A DNA stretch of 64,000 bases, from NCBI RefSeq assembly GCF_006345805.1, contig NC_043001.1:132122001-132186000 (forward strand), in the 5' to 3' direction. The number at the start of each line of letters is the position of its first letter. Position 1 is the stretch's first letter. Below are positions 1 through 10,712 of the stretch, one piece after another. The position numbers and the translations under genes are program-made. This stretch comes from Octopus sinensis. Taxonomy: Eukaryota. Below the pieces are notes generated by a model that was not told the DNA's origin, searched no databases, and saw nothing but the letters and a program-made list of their open reading frames with translations.

Positions 1-578
1 GGGCTAAACACAGAGAGGACAAACAAGGACAGACAAACGGATTAAATCGATTATATCAACCCCAGTGCATAACTGGTACTTAATTTATCGACCCTGAAAG
101 GGTGAAAGGCAAAGTCGACCTCGGCGGAATTTGAACTCAGAACGTAAAGACAGACGAAATACCTATTTATTTACTACCCACAAGGGGCTAAACACAGAGA
201 GGACAAAAAAGGACAGACAAACGGATTAAGTCGATTACATCGAACCCAGTGCATAACTGGTACTTAATTTATCGACCCTGAAAGGGTGAAAGGCAAAGTC
301 GACCTCGGCGGAATTTGAACTCAGAACGTAAAGACAGACGAAATACCTATTTATTTACTACCCACAAGGGGCTAAACACAGAGAGGACAAAAAAGGACAG
401 ACAAACGGATTAAGTCGATTACATCGACCCCAGTGCATAACTGGTACTTAATTTATCGACCCTGAAAGGGTGAAAGGCAAAGTCGACCTCGGCGGAATTT
501 GAACTCAGAACGTAACGGCAGACGAAATACGGCTACGCATTTCGCCTGGCATGCTAACGTTTCTGCCAGCTTGCCGCC
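1..578 (-). mobile_element. SINE family B copy whose body is tandemly repeated (184-bp unit, about 3 copies)
   Basis: The head GGCGGCAAGCTGGCAGAAACGTTAGC lies on the minus strand ending at 578. The unit GGGCTAAACACAGAGAGGAC recurs at 1, 185 and 369. Single copies of the family are at 4915-5148 and 29105-29336. Confidence 0.9.
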
Positions 579-589
579 TTTATAAATAT

Positions 590-830
590 ATCATCATCAT
601 CATTATTTAACGTCCACTTCCCATACTGGCATGGGTTGGACAGTTTGACATGGAGGTGGCTAGCAGGGAGCTGTCAAGACTCTGATTGTCTGTTGTGGCA
701 TGGTTTCTACAGCTGGGTGCCCTTCCCAATGCCAACAACTTAACAGAGTGTGCTGGGTGCTTTTTTACATGCCACAAGCATGGATGCTTTTTAAGTGGTA
801 CCAGCTCCTGAAAGGGCAAGCCTTTATGTG
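590..830 (-). mobile_element. Family C SINE-like repeat with (GAT)n tail
   Basis: CATCAT...TTTAACGTCC...CATGGGTTGGACAG...TTTCTACAGCTGG...CCCTTCC motif shared with more than 10 copies in the window; the next copy is at 1009-1262. Confidence 0.85.
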
Positions 831-1788
831 TGGAAGACAGCAACTTTTCCATATACATATGTAGATAGATATAGATATACATACATACATGCATGCATAC
901 ATACATGCATACATATTGCTCATTAACTTTTTAGTCACTTCCTTTTACAAATGTTTAATTGATAATATTATTTTATCAAATCATCAAACTGAATGCCATT
1001 CGTGAATCATCATCATCATCATCATCATCGTTTAACATCTGCTTTCTATGCTAGCATGGGTTGGGCGATTTGACTGAGGACTGGAGAATCAGATGGCTGC
1101 ACCAGGCTCCAATCTGATTTGGCAGATTTTCTACAGCTGGATGCCGCCCTTCCTAACGCCAACTACTCTGAGTGTGCAGCGGGTGCTTTTATGTGCCGCC
1201 GGCACGAGGGCCATTCTGGGTACTGGCAATGGCCATACTCAAATGGTGTTTTTTATGTACCCTTTAAAAATTTATAATGAACTCCAGACTTATATGCTAT
1301 TATTAGGACAAATTTTTTTCCCCTTTATTGTGTGTTCAACCTTTAGCATACTGCATTTTCTCTAGAATTGTTTCCTTTCCCACTGCCCTGTTACTTCAGA
1401 GAAGAAAGCTCATATGGTGACATGAAATACCAACAGTGTGCTAAAGATTAAGAAAATTCTTTAATGTAGTTAAATGAAGTAGTCCTGGTTTATTACTACC
1501 ATAACACTGTTCAGAGTTCACTTTCAATCTTAAATATTATACATTCTAAGATTTGATAACATAAGACACTCATAAAGACTTCCTCATGTAACAGACATTA
1601 TTATAAATGTGACACATGTAATGATATAACTAAATAATTTATGAACAAATTTATAAGCATCTGATGACTAGCTACATTGAGCATTATTTATTACAACATG
1701 AATAAATATTACAACATGAATTTCAGCTAGCTATGTAGCATGCATTTTCCCTGTTCCACTACCTCCATTTGGATTTTTAAATCATATT

Positions 1789-1859
<71 letters not shown>

Positions 1860-2133
1860 TGAGTAGTTGAATGAATTATCTTATTATGGATAATTCGGTT
1901 AACCGATACCTGGGTAGCAAATTTACATCAGAAAAACACGGTTGAAGCTACATGCCTAGGGCAGAGATCACGTGCTATCGTGTGGAAATTTGTGTGTTTT
2001 TTTAAATACAAATAAATGAAAGAATGGAGTTGAACGACGAATTAACAAAATTCCTTTATTTTATTTTCGAATTTTGTTAATTTTGTTAATTTTGTTAATT
2101 CGTCATTCAACTTCATTCTTTCATTTATTTGTA
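1860..2133. mobile_element. Penelope-like remnant between (TA)n tracts, ending in a hairpin
   Basis: 1860-1932 is the reverse complement of 47160-47235, which belongs to the hammerhead-bearing element. 2007-2133 is an inverted repeat. Confidence 0.55.
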
Positions 2134-2157
2134 TATACATATATATATATATGTATA

Positions 2158-2231
<74 letters not shown>

Positions 2232-2262
2232 TATATACATATATATATATGTATATATATAC

Positions 2263-2332
<70 letters not shown>

Positions 2333-2340
2333 CATACATA

Positions 2341-2503
2341 TACGACGGGCTTCTTTCAGTTTTCATCTACCAAATCCACTCACAAGGCTTTGGTCGGCCC
2401 GAGGCTATAGCAGAAAACACTTGCCCAAGGTGCCACACAGTGGGACTGAACCCAGAACCATGTGGTTGGTAAGCAAGCTACTTACCACACAGCCACTCCT
2501 GTG

Positions 2504-2505
<2 letters not shown>
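2341..2505 (-). mobile_element. SINE family A (tRNA-like head), 5' part
   Basis: Reverse complement of GGCACAGGAGTGGCTGTGTGGTAAGTAGCTTGC...CCTTGGGCAAGTG...GAAAGAAGCCCGTCG. Confidence 0.9.
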
Positions 2506-2542
<37 letters not shown>

Positions 2543-2640
2543 ATAATAAAATAGGGTGAAATTAATTAATTTGGAATAATCATCAATTTCACCAAGTAGA
2601 TTTCGGCATGTAAAAGCCCCATTCAAGGAAGGTTTAAGTA

Positions 2641-2823
2641 ATACTAAGTAATTGAGGGTTTAGCAATGATTTGCCTCACCACACACCAAATTTAGAAATA
2701 GCAGTCAAAGAGTTATGGCTATTCTTTCTACTTAAAAGTAGAAAGAATAGCCATAACTCTTTGACTGCTATTTCTAAATTCGGTGCGTGGTGAGGCAAAT
2801 CGTTGCTAAACCCTCAATTACTT

Positions 2824-2828
<5 letters not shown>
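2641..2828. repeat. Near-perfect palindrome with 93-bp arms
   Basis: 2641-2733 pairs with 2736-2828 around a 2-nt loop, with three mismatches. Confidence 0.95.
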
Positions 2829-2877
<49 letters not shown>

Positions 2878-2989
2878 TGTATGTATATATAGGCTTCAAA
2901 TGATGACATAATGTAAATTATGGAATAAATGAATTATTTCAACAACAATCAGTGAAGCTGAAAATAAAGGCTACATGGATCTTAATATT

Positions 2990-3226
2990 TATGATGTTTA
3001 AAAAAAATCAAATGATTAATGCTTCTTGTTAACAGTAGTGCAGTCACTGAAGAAAGCACTATGGACTATTAGACCCAAAAGATGAAATATATGACTTAGA
3101 GAAACGTTGGGTAAAGCTCATAAATGAACATGGATCATACTTTGATTAAATAAATCAGTTCTCTAACATTTCTGAAACATTTTTATTGTTACTTTTGAAA
3201 TACATTTCATGAGTGACAACCTAATA
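2990..3226 (+). mobile_element. Mariner-like transposon, 3' remnant
   Basis: Translates to EIYDLEKRWVKLINEHGSYFD*, matching the mariner C-terminal L..RW.K.I...G.YF pattern, followed by a TIR-like end CAACCTAA-TA at 3226. Confidence 0.65.
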
Positions 3227-3823
3227 CTTATGATTTAGTAATGTCTTGTTTGTATAGACTTACATGATGGTCATGGTTTTTTTTTTTTTTTTTTTACAAT
3301 CAGGGCACCTATGACCACGTATGATCTAATGTGAGATATCTTATTTTAAGTAAGTAGAGCATAATTTGGTAGAAATTTGACTACTATTTCTAGAGGGTCC
3401 AGTGACTGTCATCAAGAGTTTTGTCTTTGTTTAAGATTTCTTCAGATACTAGTGACCTTGTTATGCATAGTCAACAGAAGATAAGTATGTGTCAAGCAGA
3501 AGTTGGACTTGTGACAAAAAGTAAACTTGTCATGTTGATGTAAGCAGGAATTCCACTGGCTATTACAAAGATCTGAATAAATGATGCCAATAAGCCTGCC
3601 CAATATTCTAGATTCTTTGTCTTTAATTGATGTTAATCTCCAGTAAAAAGAAAATGGGTTAATGTATTAGATGCTGCTAGATTTGTGTGTAAGCTGATAT
3701 GTATAGTGAGTCTTTACATTATGAATCAGCATCAGTAGTAACTGAAGAGTAAAACATCGTCATCATTTAATGCCTGTTTTCCATGCTGGTATGGGTCAGA
3801 CAGTTAGTTAGTTAGTTAGTTAG

Positions 3824-4132
3824 TTAATTTTTTGGCTCAAACAGCAAAAAGCAAGGCCATGTAGGGGGACATGGAGTTATGTACAGGGCGGTGTTCATGT
3901 AAAGAGTTCAGGCCACTGTGGTCAAGGGAGACTTTGAACCAAGCGGTCATCGGCATCTTCACTATCTCGGCCGGCAGCTTATTCCACGGATCCACAACCC
4001 AGACGGAGAAAGCCCCTCTCCTTCGATTGAGATGAAATCGTCGCAGATAGAGCTTTTCGGAGTGACCCCTCAGCCGACGCTCTGGAGCAGGAGTGAAGAA
4101 CAGCTCTTTCGAGAGGTTACACGTTCCGCTTA
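3824..4132 (-). mobile_element. CR1-type LINE 3' fragment nested in a family C repeat
   Basis: Minus-strand translation RLRGHSEKLYLRRFHLNRRRGAFSVWVVDPWNKLPAEIVKMPMTAWFKVSLD is a typical CR1 C-terminus, followed by a (CTAA)n tail. Family C sequence flanks it at 3768-3823 and 4133-4228. Confidence 0.88.
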
Positions 4133-4429
4133 TGATGTTGTGAGTAAGTTTGACAGGAGTTGGCCAGCTGGAAAGCTTCCCAGGTTCCAGGTGTCTATTT
4201 TGGCATGGTTTCTACAGCTGGATACCCTTAAGAAAATATTAAAGCCATTGAGAAAAATATAAAATTTCTTATGATAAACATCATGTAGATGGTTCAAAAT
4301 ATTCAGTTGATTTGTAAGGCAAAAAAAAAAAAATATCAGAGATACTTTAGCCCAGGCAGGAGCTTCTTAAAGATGCTGCATCATCTTTCATTTAATGATG
4401 ACTAAATCTATTATATTGTTGAACACCTT

Positions 4430-4768
4430 ACTTTATTTACAAACGGGTTTGCCATTAGGGTTTTTGACAACTGCAACCTCCTTAAGCAGGTCTCAGCTGC
4501 TATAAACATCGTCTTAATAGCATTCTTCAATTGCGTGAGCTTCAAATCACTCTTCTGTAAGAAATAGAGTGCTGATCTTGCTGGGAAACCATGGCAGCCA
4601 ACACCAAAGGGAAATGAGGCTGTATGCCATTCCCTTGACAAGATCTTCATTAACAGAGTCTTCTTATTTGGCTTCTTTTTGTTGATGAAAAATGTTAAGC
4701 ATGTCCTCGCAGGACCCTCTGAGTAATAGGTCATATCTGAGTACTTATGCCCTTTATATCACACCAGC
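4430..4768 (-). mobile_element. Decayed HERO-like non-LTR retrotransposon, RLE C-terminal fragment
   Basis: Two frames read SCEDMLNIFHQQKEAK*EDSVNEDLVKG then WHTASFPFGVGCHGFPARSALYFLQK...KNAIKTMFIAAE. This resembles the HERO pattern PWE...HERKxxKY...GW...FP.EVGCRGF.ARS. Recognised from memory; it has a frameshift and a stop. Confidence 0.65.
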
Positions 4769-4914
4769 TGGAGTGAAAATATAATAAGTTAATAGTTTGC
4801 ATTACACATACAAGACAGTGTTTGAGAAAGTAGCAAACAGCCTGCCTCAAAATATTATTTTATTTAGTAATATTGAGAAAATATAAAGATAATTGCTGCT
4901 AGAAAATAATAAAA

Positions 4915-5148
4915 GGCAGTGAGCTGGCAGTAACGTTAGCACGCCGGGTGAAATGCTTAGCAGTATTTCGTCTGCTGTTATATTCTGAGTTCAAATCCCA
5001 CCAAGGTCGACTTTGCCTTTCATCCTTTCGGGGTCAATAAATTAAGTACCAGTTACGCACTGGGGTCGATATAATCGACTTAATCCTTTTGTCTGTCCTT
5101 GTTTGTCCCTTTTGTGTGTAGCCCCTTGTGGGCAGTAAAGAAATAAGA
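4915..5148 (+). mobile_element. SINE family B, full copy
   Basis: GGCAGTGAGCTGGCAGTAACGTTAGCACGCCGGG...GAGTTCAAATCCC...GGTCGACTTTGCCTTTCATCCTTTCGGGGTC...AAAGAAATAAG. Confidence 0.9.
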
Positions 5149-5289
5149 AAATAATATATTTTTGAAATATTCATCATATTATTTATGACCAAGAAGTCCA
5201 TACTCAAGAAGACTCTTTCTTCATAGCCAAAGTGTTAAGGTCACTCCCGTCTGGTGGAGAGGATTGGTCCACAAGAATTGTGTGCTGGT

Positions 5290-5526
5290 GCTACATAAAA
5301 AGCACCCATGCCAGTGCCACGTAAAGGCACTTGTGCAGTGCCATGCTGAAAGAACCCAGAACACACTGTAAAGAGTGTGGCATTAGGAAGAGCATCCAGC
5401 AGTAGAAACCAAGCTAAATCAGACAAGAATCTGATTCAGCTCTCCAGCTTGTCAGTTCTGGTTAAACCCATGCCTGCATGGAAAACAGATATTACAGGAT
5501 GATGATGGTGACGATGATGATGATGG

Positions 5527-5613
<87 letters not shown>

Positions 5614-5630
5614 GATGAGGATGATGATGT
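5290..5630 (+). mobile_element. Family C repeat with expanded (GAT)n tail
   Basis: Family C body at 5290-5490, then about 130 bp of (GAT)n. Confidence 0.8.
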
Positions 5631-6199
5631 CAATTGGAGATAGTTAGGGATGGTCGAAAGGAAAACTTTATTTTTGTGCCTAAAGACTTATGAAACATTC
5701 TAAGATGTTCCGGAGGGGTTGAAAAACTCTGGAGTTCAAATCCTTTGGAGATTTTTTCATATTGCTAAAGACCATATGTTACTAGATTCATGTATAAATA
5801 AGATAATTTTCATCCTTCAACTTTCTGAGATTATTTCTGTTGTATCTGTCAACTCTAGTCTAATTCATCAGAAATATTTTAGCTCTTATATTTTGACAAT
5901 TCATTATTTCTTGGTTCACATACAATATACATATAACAAATTGCATATTATGTACATTAAAAACAATTATTTTTATTACACATGCACACACAGACAAACA
6001 CATACACACACACACACCACAAATCCTTAATTCATACACTGCTAATGATCACGATATTTGGGACTATAGAAATCTACGAGAATTTGTTAAGATTGAAGGG
6101 ATGATGAACAAAACAAGATGATTTCCTTCACAACTTTTTTATTCTAAATTAAAAAGAGGAAAAGAATTCTCTCTCTCACCCTCTCTCTCTCTCTCACAC

Positions 6200-6797
6200 A
6201 TGCATGCACACAGTTACATACATGCATACATATATATATGCATACATACATACATACATACATACATACATACATACATACATACATACATACATACATA
6301 CACACACATACATACATACATGCATACATACATACATACATGCATGCATACATACATACATACACACACATACATACATACATGCATACATACATATATA
6401 CATATATACATGTATACATACATACATACATACATGCATACATACACACACATACATACATACATGCATACATACATACATACATGCATGCATACATACA
6501 TACATACACACACATACATACATACATACATGCATACATACATACATACATGCATGCATACATACATACATACATACATACATACATACATACACACACA
6601 TACATGCATACATACATACATACATGCATGCATACATACATACATACATACATACATACATACATACAATACATACATACATACATACATACACACATAC
6701 ATACATACATACATACATACATACATACAAACATACATACATACATACATACATGCATACATACATACATACATACATACATACATACATACATACA

Positions 6798-6831
<34 letters not shown>

Positions 6832-6840
6832 CATACATAC
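6200..6840. repeat. (CATA)n microsatellite, about 640 bp
   Basis: Imperfect tetranucleotide array seen directly; source of the HTYI/MYVC ORFs. Confidence 0.98.
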
Positions 6841-7406
6841 AGAAGCCATAGCCACTCGTAATAAAAAGGAATACTAGGAATACTGGTAGAATGTCCCAGT
6901 GAAAACCTCAATAAAATGTAAGCACAATAGACCTGATATTATGATTTGGGATAGAGAAGAGAAACTGTGTATAGTTGTGGAAATCAGCTGCCCAGCAGAT
7001 GTCAACATGAAGCTGAAAATTAATAAAAAAGAGAATACTTATGCTGAACTATTGATAAATCTGCAGTTATTCTATCCAGATTACAAGTTCAGCCTTATAC
7101 CTGTAATTATTGTGGCACTGGGATATGTAACTCACTGCCTAAAAACCAATCTTAAGAAATTAGGTTTCTCAAAACCAGAATGGAGCAAGCTGATTCAAGG
7201 ACTTCAGATCCATGCCATCATTGGAACTGTAAAAATCTGTAAAACTTTCCAGAAGTTTATCATTGAAGTATATATGAGCATGTCTAGATATGCAAGTATA
7301 TGCATAAGAAGACATACATAAAAGAAAACATACAAATTTGCACATATACATACAAACAAATAAAAATACCCTGTCATTGCTATTGAAATTCCAATGATGA
7401 ATAACG
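6841..7406 (+). mobile_element. 5'-truncated R4-like non-LTR retrotransposon (RLE domain plus 3' UTR)
   Basis: ORF 6899-7321 reads KHNRPDIMIWDREEKLCIVVEISCPADVNMKLKINKKENTYAEL...IPVIIVALG...QIHAIIGTVKICKTF, a PD-(D/E)xK RLE motif (RPD...E...K..Y). The upstream frame EAIATRNKKEY*EYW*NVPVK carries a 9-bp duplication and stops. Confidence 0.88.
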
Positions 7407-7413
7407 ACATACG

Positions 7414-7449
<36 letters not shown>

Positions 7450-7503
7450 CGTTTATATATTTGTTGTGCAAGATTTTTTATGTGAAGTCATGTGTTGAAA
7501 CAG

Positions 7504-7940
7504 ATATTGTTATATTTCAGAATGGTCATTTTTCCAGTTTAGCCAATAAAAACACACGCACTATATATTTGGTGTTATTTTGCTTCAGTGTTATTTATTT
7601 TTTACATTAATCTTAATCTTATTTCGGCCAGAGTTCTTTCGTCACACTCCTGAGACCGTATCAGTGGTCCTTTGTTTTCTTCTTTCTTATTTGTGTCTCT
7701 CCTTACTAACCCTCAGCCATTTTGCATTTCTATTGAGAGACACAAATAAGAAAGAAGAAAACAAAGGACCACTGATGCGGTCACAGGAGTGTGACGAAAG
7801 AACTCTGGCCGAAATAAGATTAAGATTAATGTAAAAAATAAATAACACTGAAGCAAAATAACACTGAAGCAAAATAACACCAAATATATAGTGCGTGTGT
7901 TTTTATTGGCTAAACTGGCAAAATGACCATTCCGAAATAT

Positions 7941-7948
<8 letters not shown>
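7504..7948. repeat. Long inverted repeat (about 200-bp arms, 33-nt loop) of a Penelope-like family, with a decayed hammerhead in each arm
   Basis: 7504-7701 pairs with 7735-7948; the right arm has a 17-bp tandem duplication. Related sequence is at 53861-54053. Confidence 0.9.
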
Positions 7949-7975
<27 letters not shown>

Positions 7976-8053
7976 CATAATCAATGAGAATAGAAAATTA
8001 TTTAATAATTATTCCAGAAGTGAAACAGTACTAAATCATTTTAATAAACTGAC

Positions 8054-8151
8054 CTCTCTTAGCTTGTCATCTTCTGCTTTAGATAAATTTGGACTGCTAT
8101 AGCCTGTAGGACCTTGCTGTTCTGGAATTTTCTGTCCAGCTGAATTGTTAA
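8054..8151 (-). CDS. Candidate internal exon of an unidentified minus-strand gene
   Basis: Acceptor aatttctcttgcag, donor GAG|gtcagt, 98 nt, open frame NNSAGQKIPEQQGPTGYSSPNLSKAEDDKLRE (phase 1 to 0). Confidence 0.6.
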
Positions 8152-8650
8152 CTGCAAGAGAAATTATTTAAAAGCTGATTTTGAATACATTTTCACTAAA
8201 AATCCATGTAAGTATTTTATAATTAGATATTTCTTTTTTTTTTCCAAAGTCTCCAAATCTGAAGAACCAGACAAACAAATCTATTAATATTTTCTTTAAA
8301 CATTAGTAATTCATAAACTGGTGCCTTATATTTATGGTTCCATGGATTGTCTGTTCCAGATGATAAAATAATAGGAATGATGACCTGCTATAGGCATATT
8401 TCATTGAGTTAAGACGACATAAAAATTGCTATTTGAAGCAATCGTGGATAATGGAATAATTAACTAATTAATTCAAGCTTAATTTTCAAAATCATATAAA
8501 TATCACTTATAATGTAATACAACACATTAGAATGAAGGAATCACTTCTGTTATAATTGTAGAAGTAGAGTGTCCAATCAACTGCTTAGCGAAAATGGTCC
8601 ATCTTTTTTCTTTAGTTTTCAGGTTGATGTAATTACTTATTGTTCCATGT

Positions 8651-9042
8651 GTGGAGGCGCAATGGCCCAGTGGTTAGGGCAGCGGACTCGCGGTCATAGG
8701 ATCACGGTTTCGATTCCCAGACCGGGCGTTGTGAGTGTTTATTGAGCGAAAACACCTAAAGCTCCACGAGGCTCCAGCAGGGGATGGTGGTGATCCCTGC
8801 TGTACTCTTTCACCACAACTTTCTCTCACTCTTACTTCCTGTTTCTGTTGTACCTGTATTTCAAAGGGCCGGCCTTGTCACTCTCTGTGTCACGCTGAAT
8901 ATCCCCGAGAACTACGTTAAGGGTACACGTGTCTGTGGAGTGCTCAGCCACTTACACGTTAATTTCACGAGCAGGCTGTTCCGTTGATTCGGATCAACCG
9001 GAACCCTCATCGTCGTAACCGACGGAGTGCTTCCATCCATCC
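8651..9042 (+). mobile_element. SINE family D, complete, with 12-bp target-site duplication
   Basis: tRNA-like head (TGGCCCAGTGGTTAGG A box, GGTTTCGATTCC B box) and (TCCA)n tail. ATTGTTCCATGT occurs at both 8639-8650 and 9043-9054. Confidence 0.92.
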
Positions 9043-9146
9043 ATTGTTCCATGTAAAGAACAGTGTGAAAGTTCAAATCCATGTAAAGTTTTTTTACTCT
9101 ATTTTCTTTATTCAGGAGGGAAAGCAGTTTCTATGTTTTTTTACAG

Positions 9147-9182
9147 GGCTACTGACTGGACTCTACAGAAAACATCCAAGGA
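9147..9182 (+). CDS. Candidate exon of an unidentified plus-strand gene
   Basis: Acceptor atgtttttttacag, donor GGA|gtaaga, 36 nt, frame LLTGLYRKHPR; phase-compatible with 11669-11711. Confidence 0.45.
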
Positions 9183-9954
9183 GTAAGATAGTGATGTTAA
9201 AAAGGTTATGAGATTAGAACTACCATTCAAGTACATTATGGTAGTATTTGATCTCAGAATACAAAGAACTGGTACAAATGCAAAAAGGTATCCAATACAA
9301 TGTTTTTATGGTTCCACAAATCCACTACCTTGGATTAGTACATTTTTTATCAACTGTGAAAAGATTTGATCAGAGCTAGTGCTAGGAGGTGCATGGCCCA
9401 ATTAGAAAATTATCAGTAGGGGTCTTCTACTCTACAAAAGCTGAAGACTGATGTTTTATGCTTCATGTAGTATGCCAATTCCAGTCAAAAAACATTGAAA
9501 GCTTGAGGTTCCATCATTAGCCACAAGGATGTACTAAAAATTTGCCATAATGTCCACCACCCAAGCATGTGCATGGAGCCCTCACTTGGTGCAGGACCCA
9601 ATTTGAATAAAGCTGTCTAATTAGCTTAAAACCAGTCCTGGATGAGATGAATAGTAAAACTGATTTTGGAGGGATTTGAACTCAGAGTACAAAGTCAGAA
9701 TAAGTACCTATGATGCATTCTATCCAACACACAAAGGAATTTTTCCAATCTTTCACTTTAAAAGGGACTTGATAGAAGGAAAACAGTCATCATCGTATCT
9801 TAATTAATGTATATAATGAGTGAACTCATGATGAATGAAAAAAATTGCATGAGGGACAATGCATACCTTGCATGCAAATAATTTTTTTTTGCAAATTATA
9901 GTGTGGCTTACAATACATTGCTTACCCATGCTTTTTAACTGAACAGAATTAATA

Positions 9955-10712
9955 TTTTTTTTAAGTATCACCATTATAGGTATTTATACCCCAGTGAAAT
10001 TAAGAAATCAACTCAGTGTAAACACACACACACACACACATATACACAGTCGCATATGTTTGTATGTATGTATGTATGTATCTATGTATGTATGCACATG
10101 TGTCTATGCACATAAGTACACCATGATCTATACACATACACGAGGGTCAATTCCTATGAGAAAGAAAGTAAACAAAACAACATGACCACTTGCTTATCGG
10201 GAAATTTGTAAGTTTGATTTTTTTATTCCTTTTTTTAAGTATTACCATTATAGGTATTTATACTCCATTAAAATTAAGAAATGAAGTCGTAAATAAATAA
10301 AACCCTCAAATCCATCACTGTACATATACACACACACATACACACACATAGAGTCGCATATCTATGAATGTATTTATATATGCATATATGTACACACACG
10401 TGTCAATGCACATGGGTAGACTATGATCTATACACATGCAGATGAGGGTCAATTCATATGAAAAAGAAAGTGAACAAAATAATATGACCATTTGCTTACC
10501 AGGAAATTTGTAAGTTCAGTTTTTTTTTCATTTCTTTTTCTTTAAAATAAATAATCAAACCAAATGTTCATCCTTTTGAGCCACTCACCCAATGAATATT
10601 TCTACCAAATGTGGTGAGAATCCATTCAGCCATTTTCCAGTAATTTTGCAAACAAACAGACAAACATGAGTGATTACAATATCCTGCTTTTACTTACATG
10701 TGTAGGATAATG
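9955..10712 (+). mobile_element. Helentron/HINE-like element with two diverged core repeats of about 280-300 bp
   Basis: 9955-10230 and 10230-10530 are alignable. 10600-10670 has AAATGTGGTGAGAATCCATTCAGCC...AAACAGACAAAC. A terminal hairpin TATCCTGC/GTAGGATA is at 10680-10709. Confidence 0.5.

Noticed and set aside
2042-2546. YI-, HTYI- and MYVC-repeat ORFs (also 6144-6911, 36099-36439, 43900-45778, 46410-46819, 48910-49349, 60098-60598, 61340-61759)
   Set aside because: Translations of (TA)n and (CATA)n microsatellites that lack stops in several frames at once.
2590-2640. Hammerhead-like GGC...GCC-GAAA on the minus strand
   Set aside because: The upstream core reads CUUGAAUGG instead of CUGANGA, and stems I and III do not form.
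4759-4761. In-frame UGA upstream of ORF 4411-4734 as selenocysteine
   Set aside because: The peptide is better explained as a decayed RLE retroelement, and no SECIS was recognised.
8651-8725. tRNA-like sequence
   Set aside because: It is the head of a SINE with a body, tail and 12-bp TSD, and has no complete cloverleaf acceptor stem.
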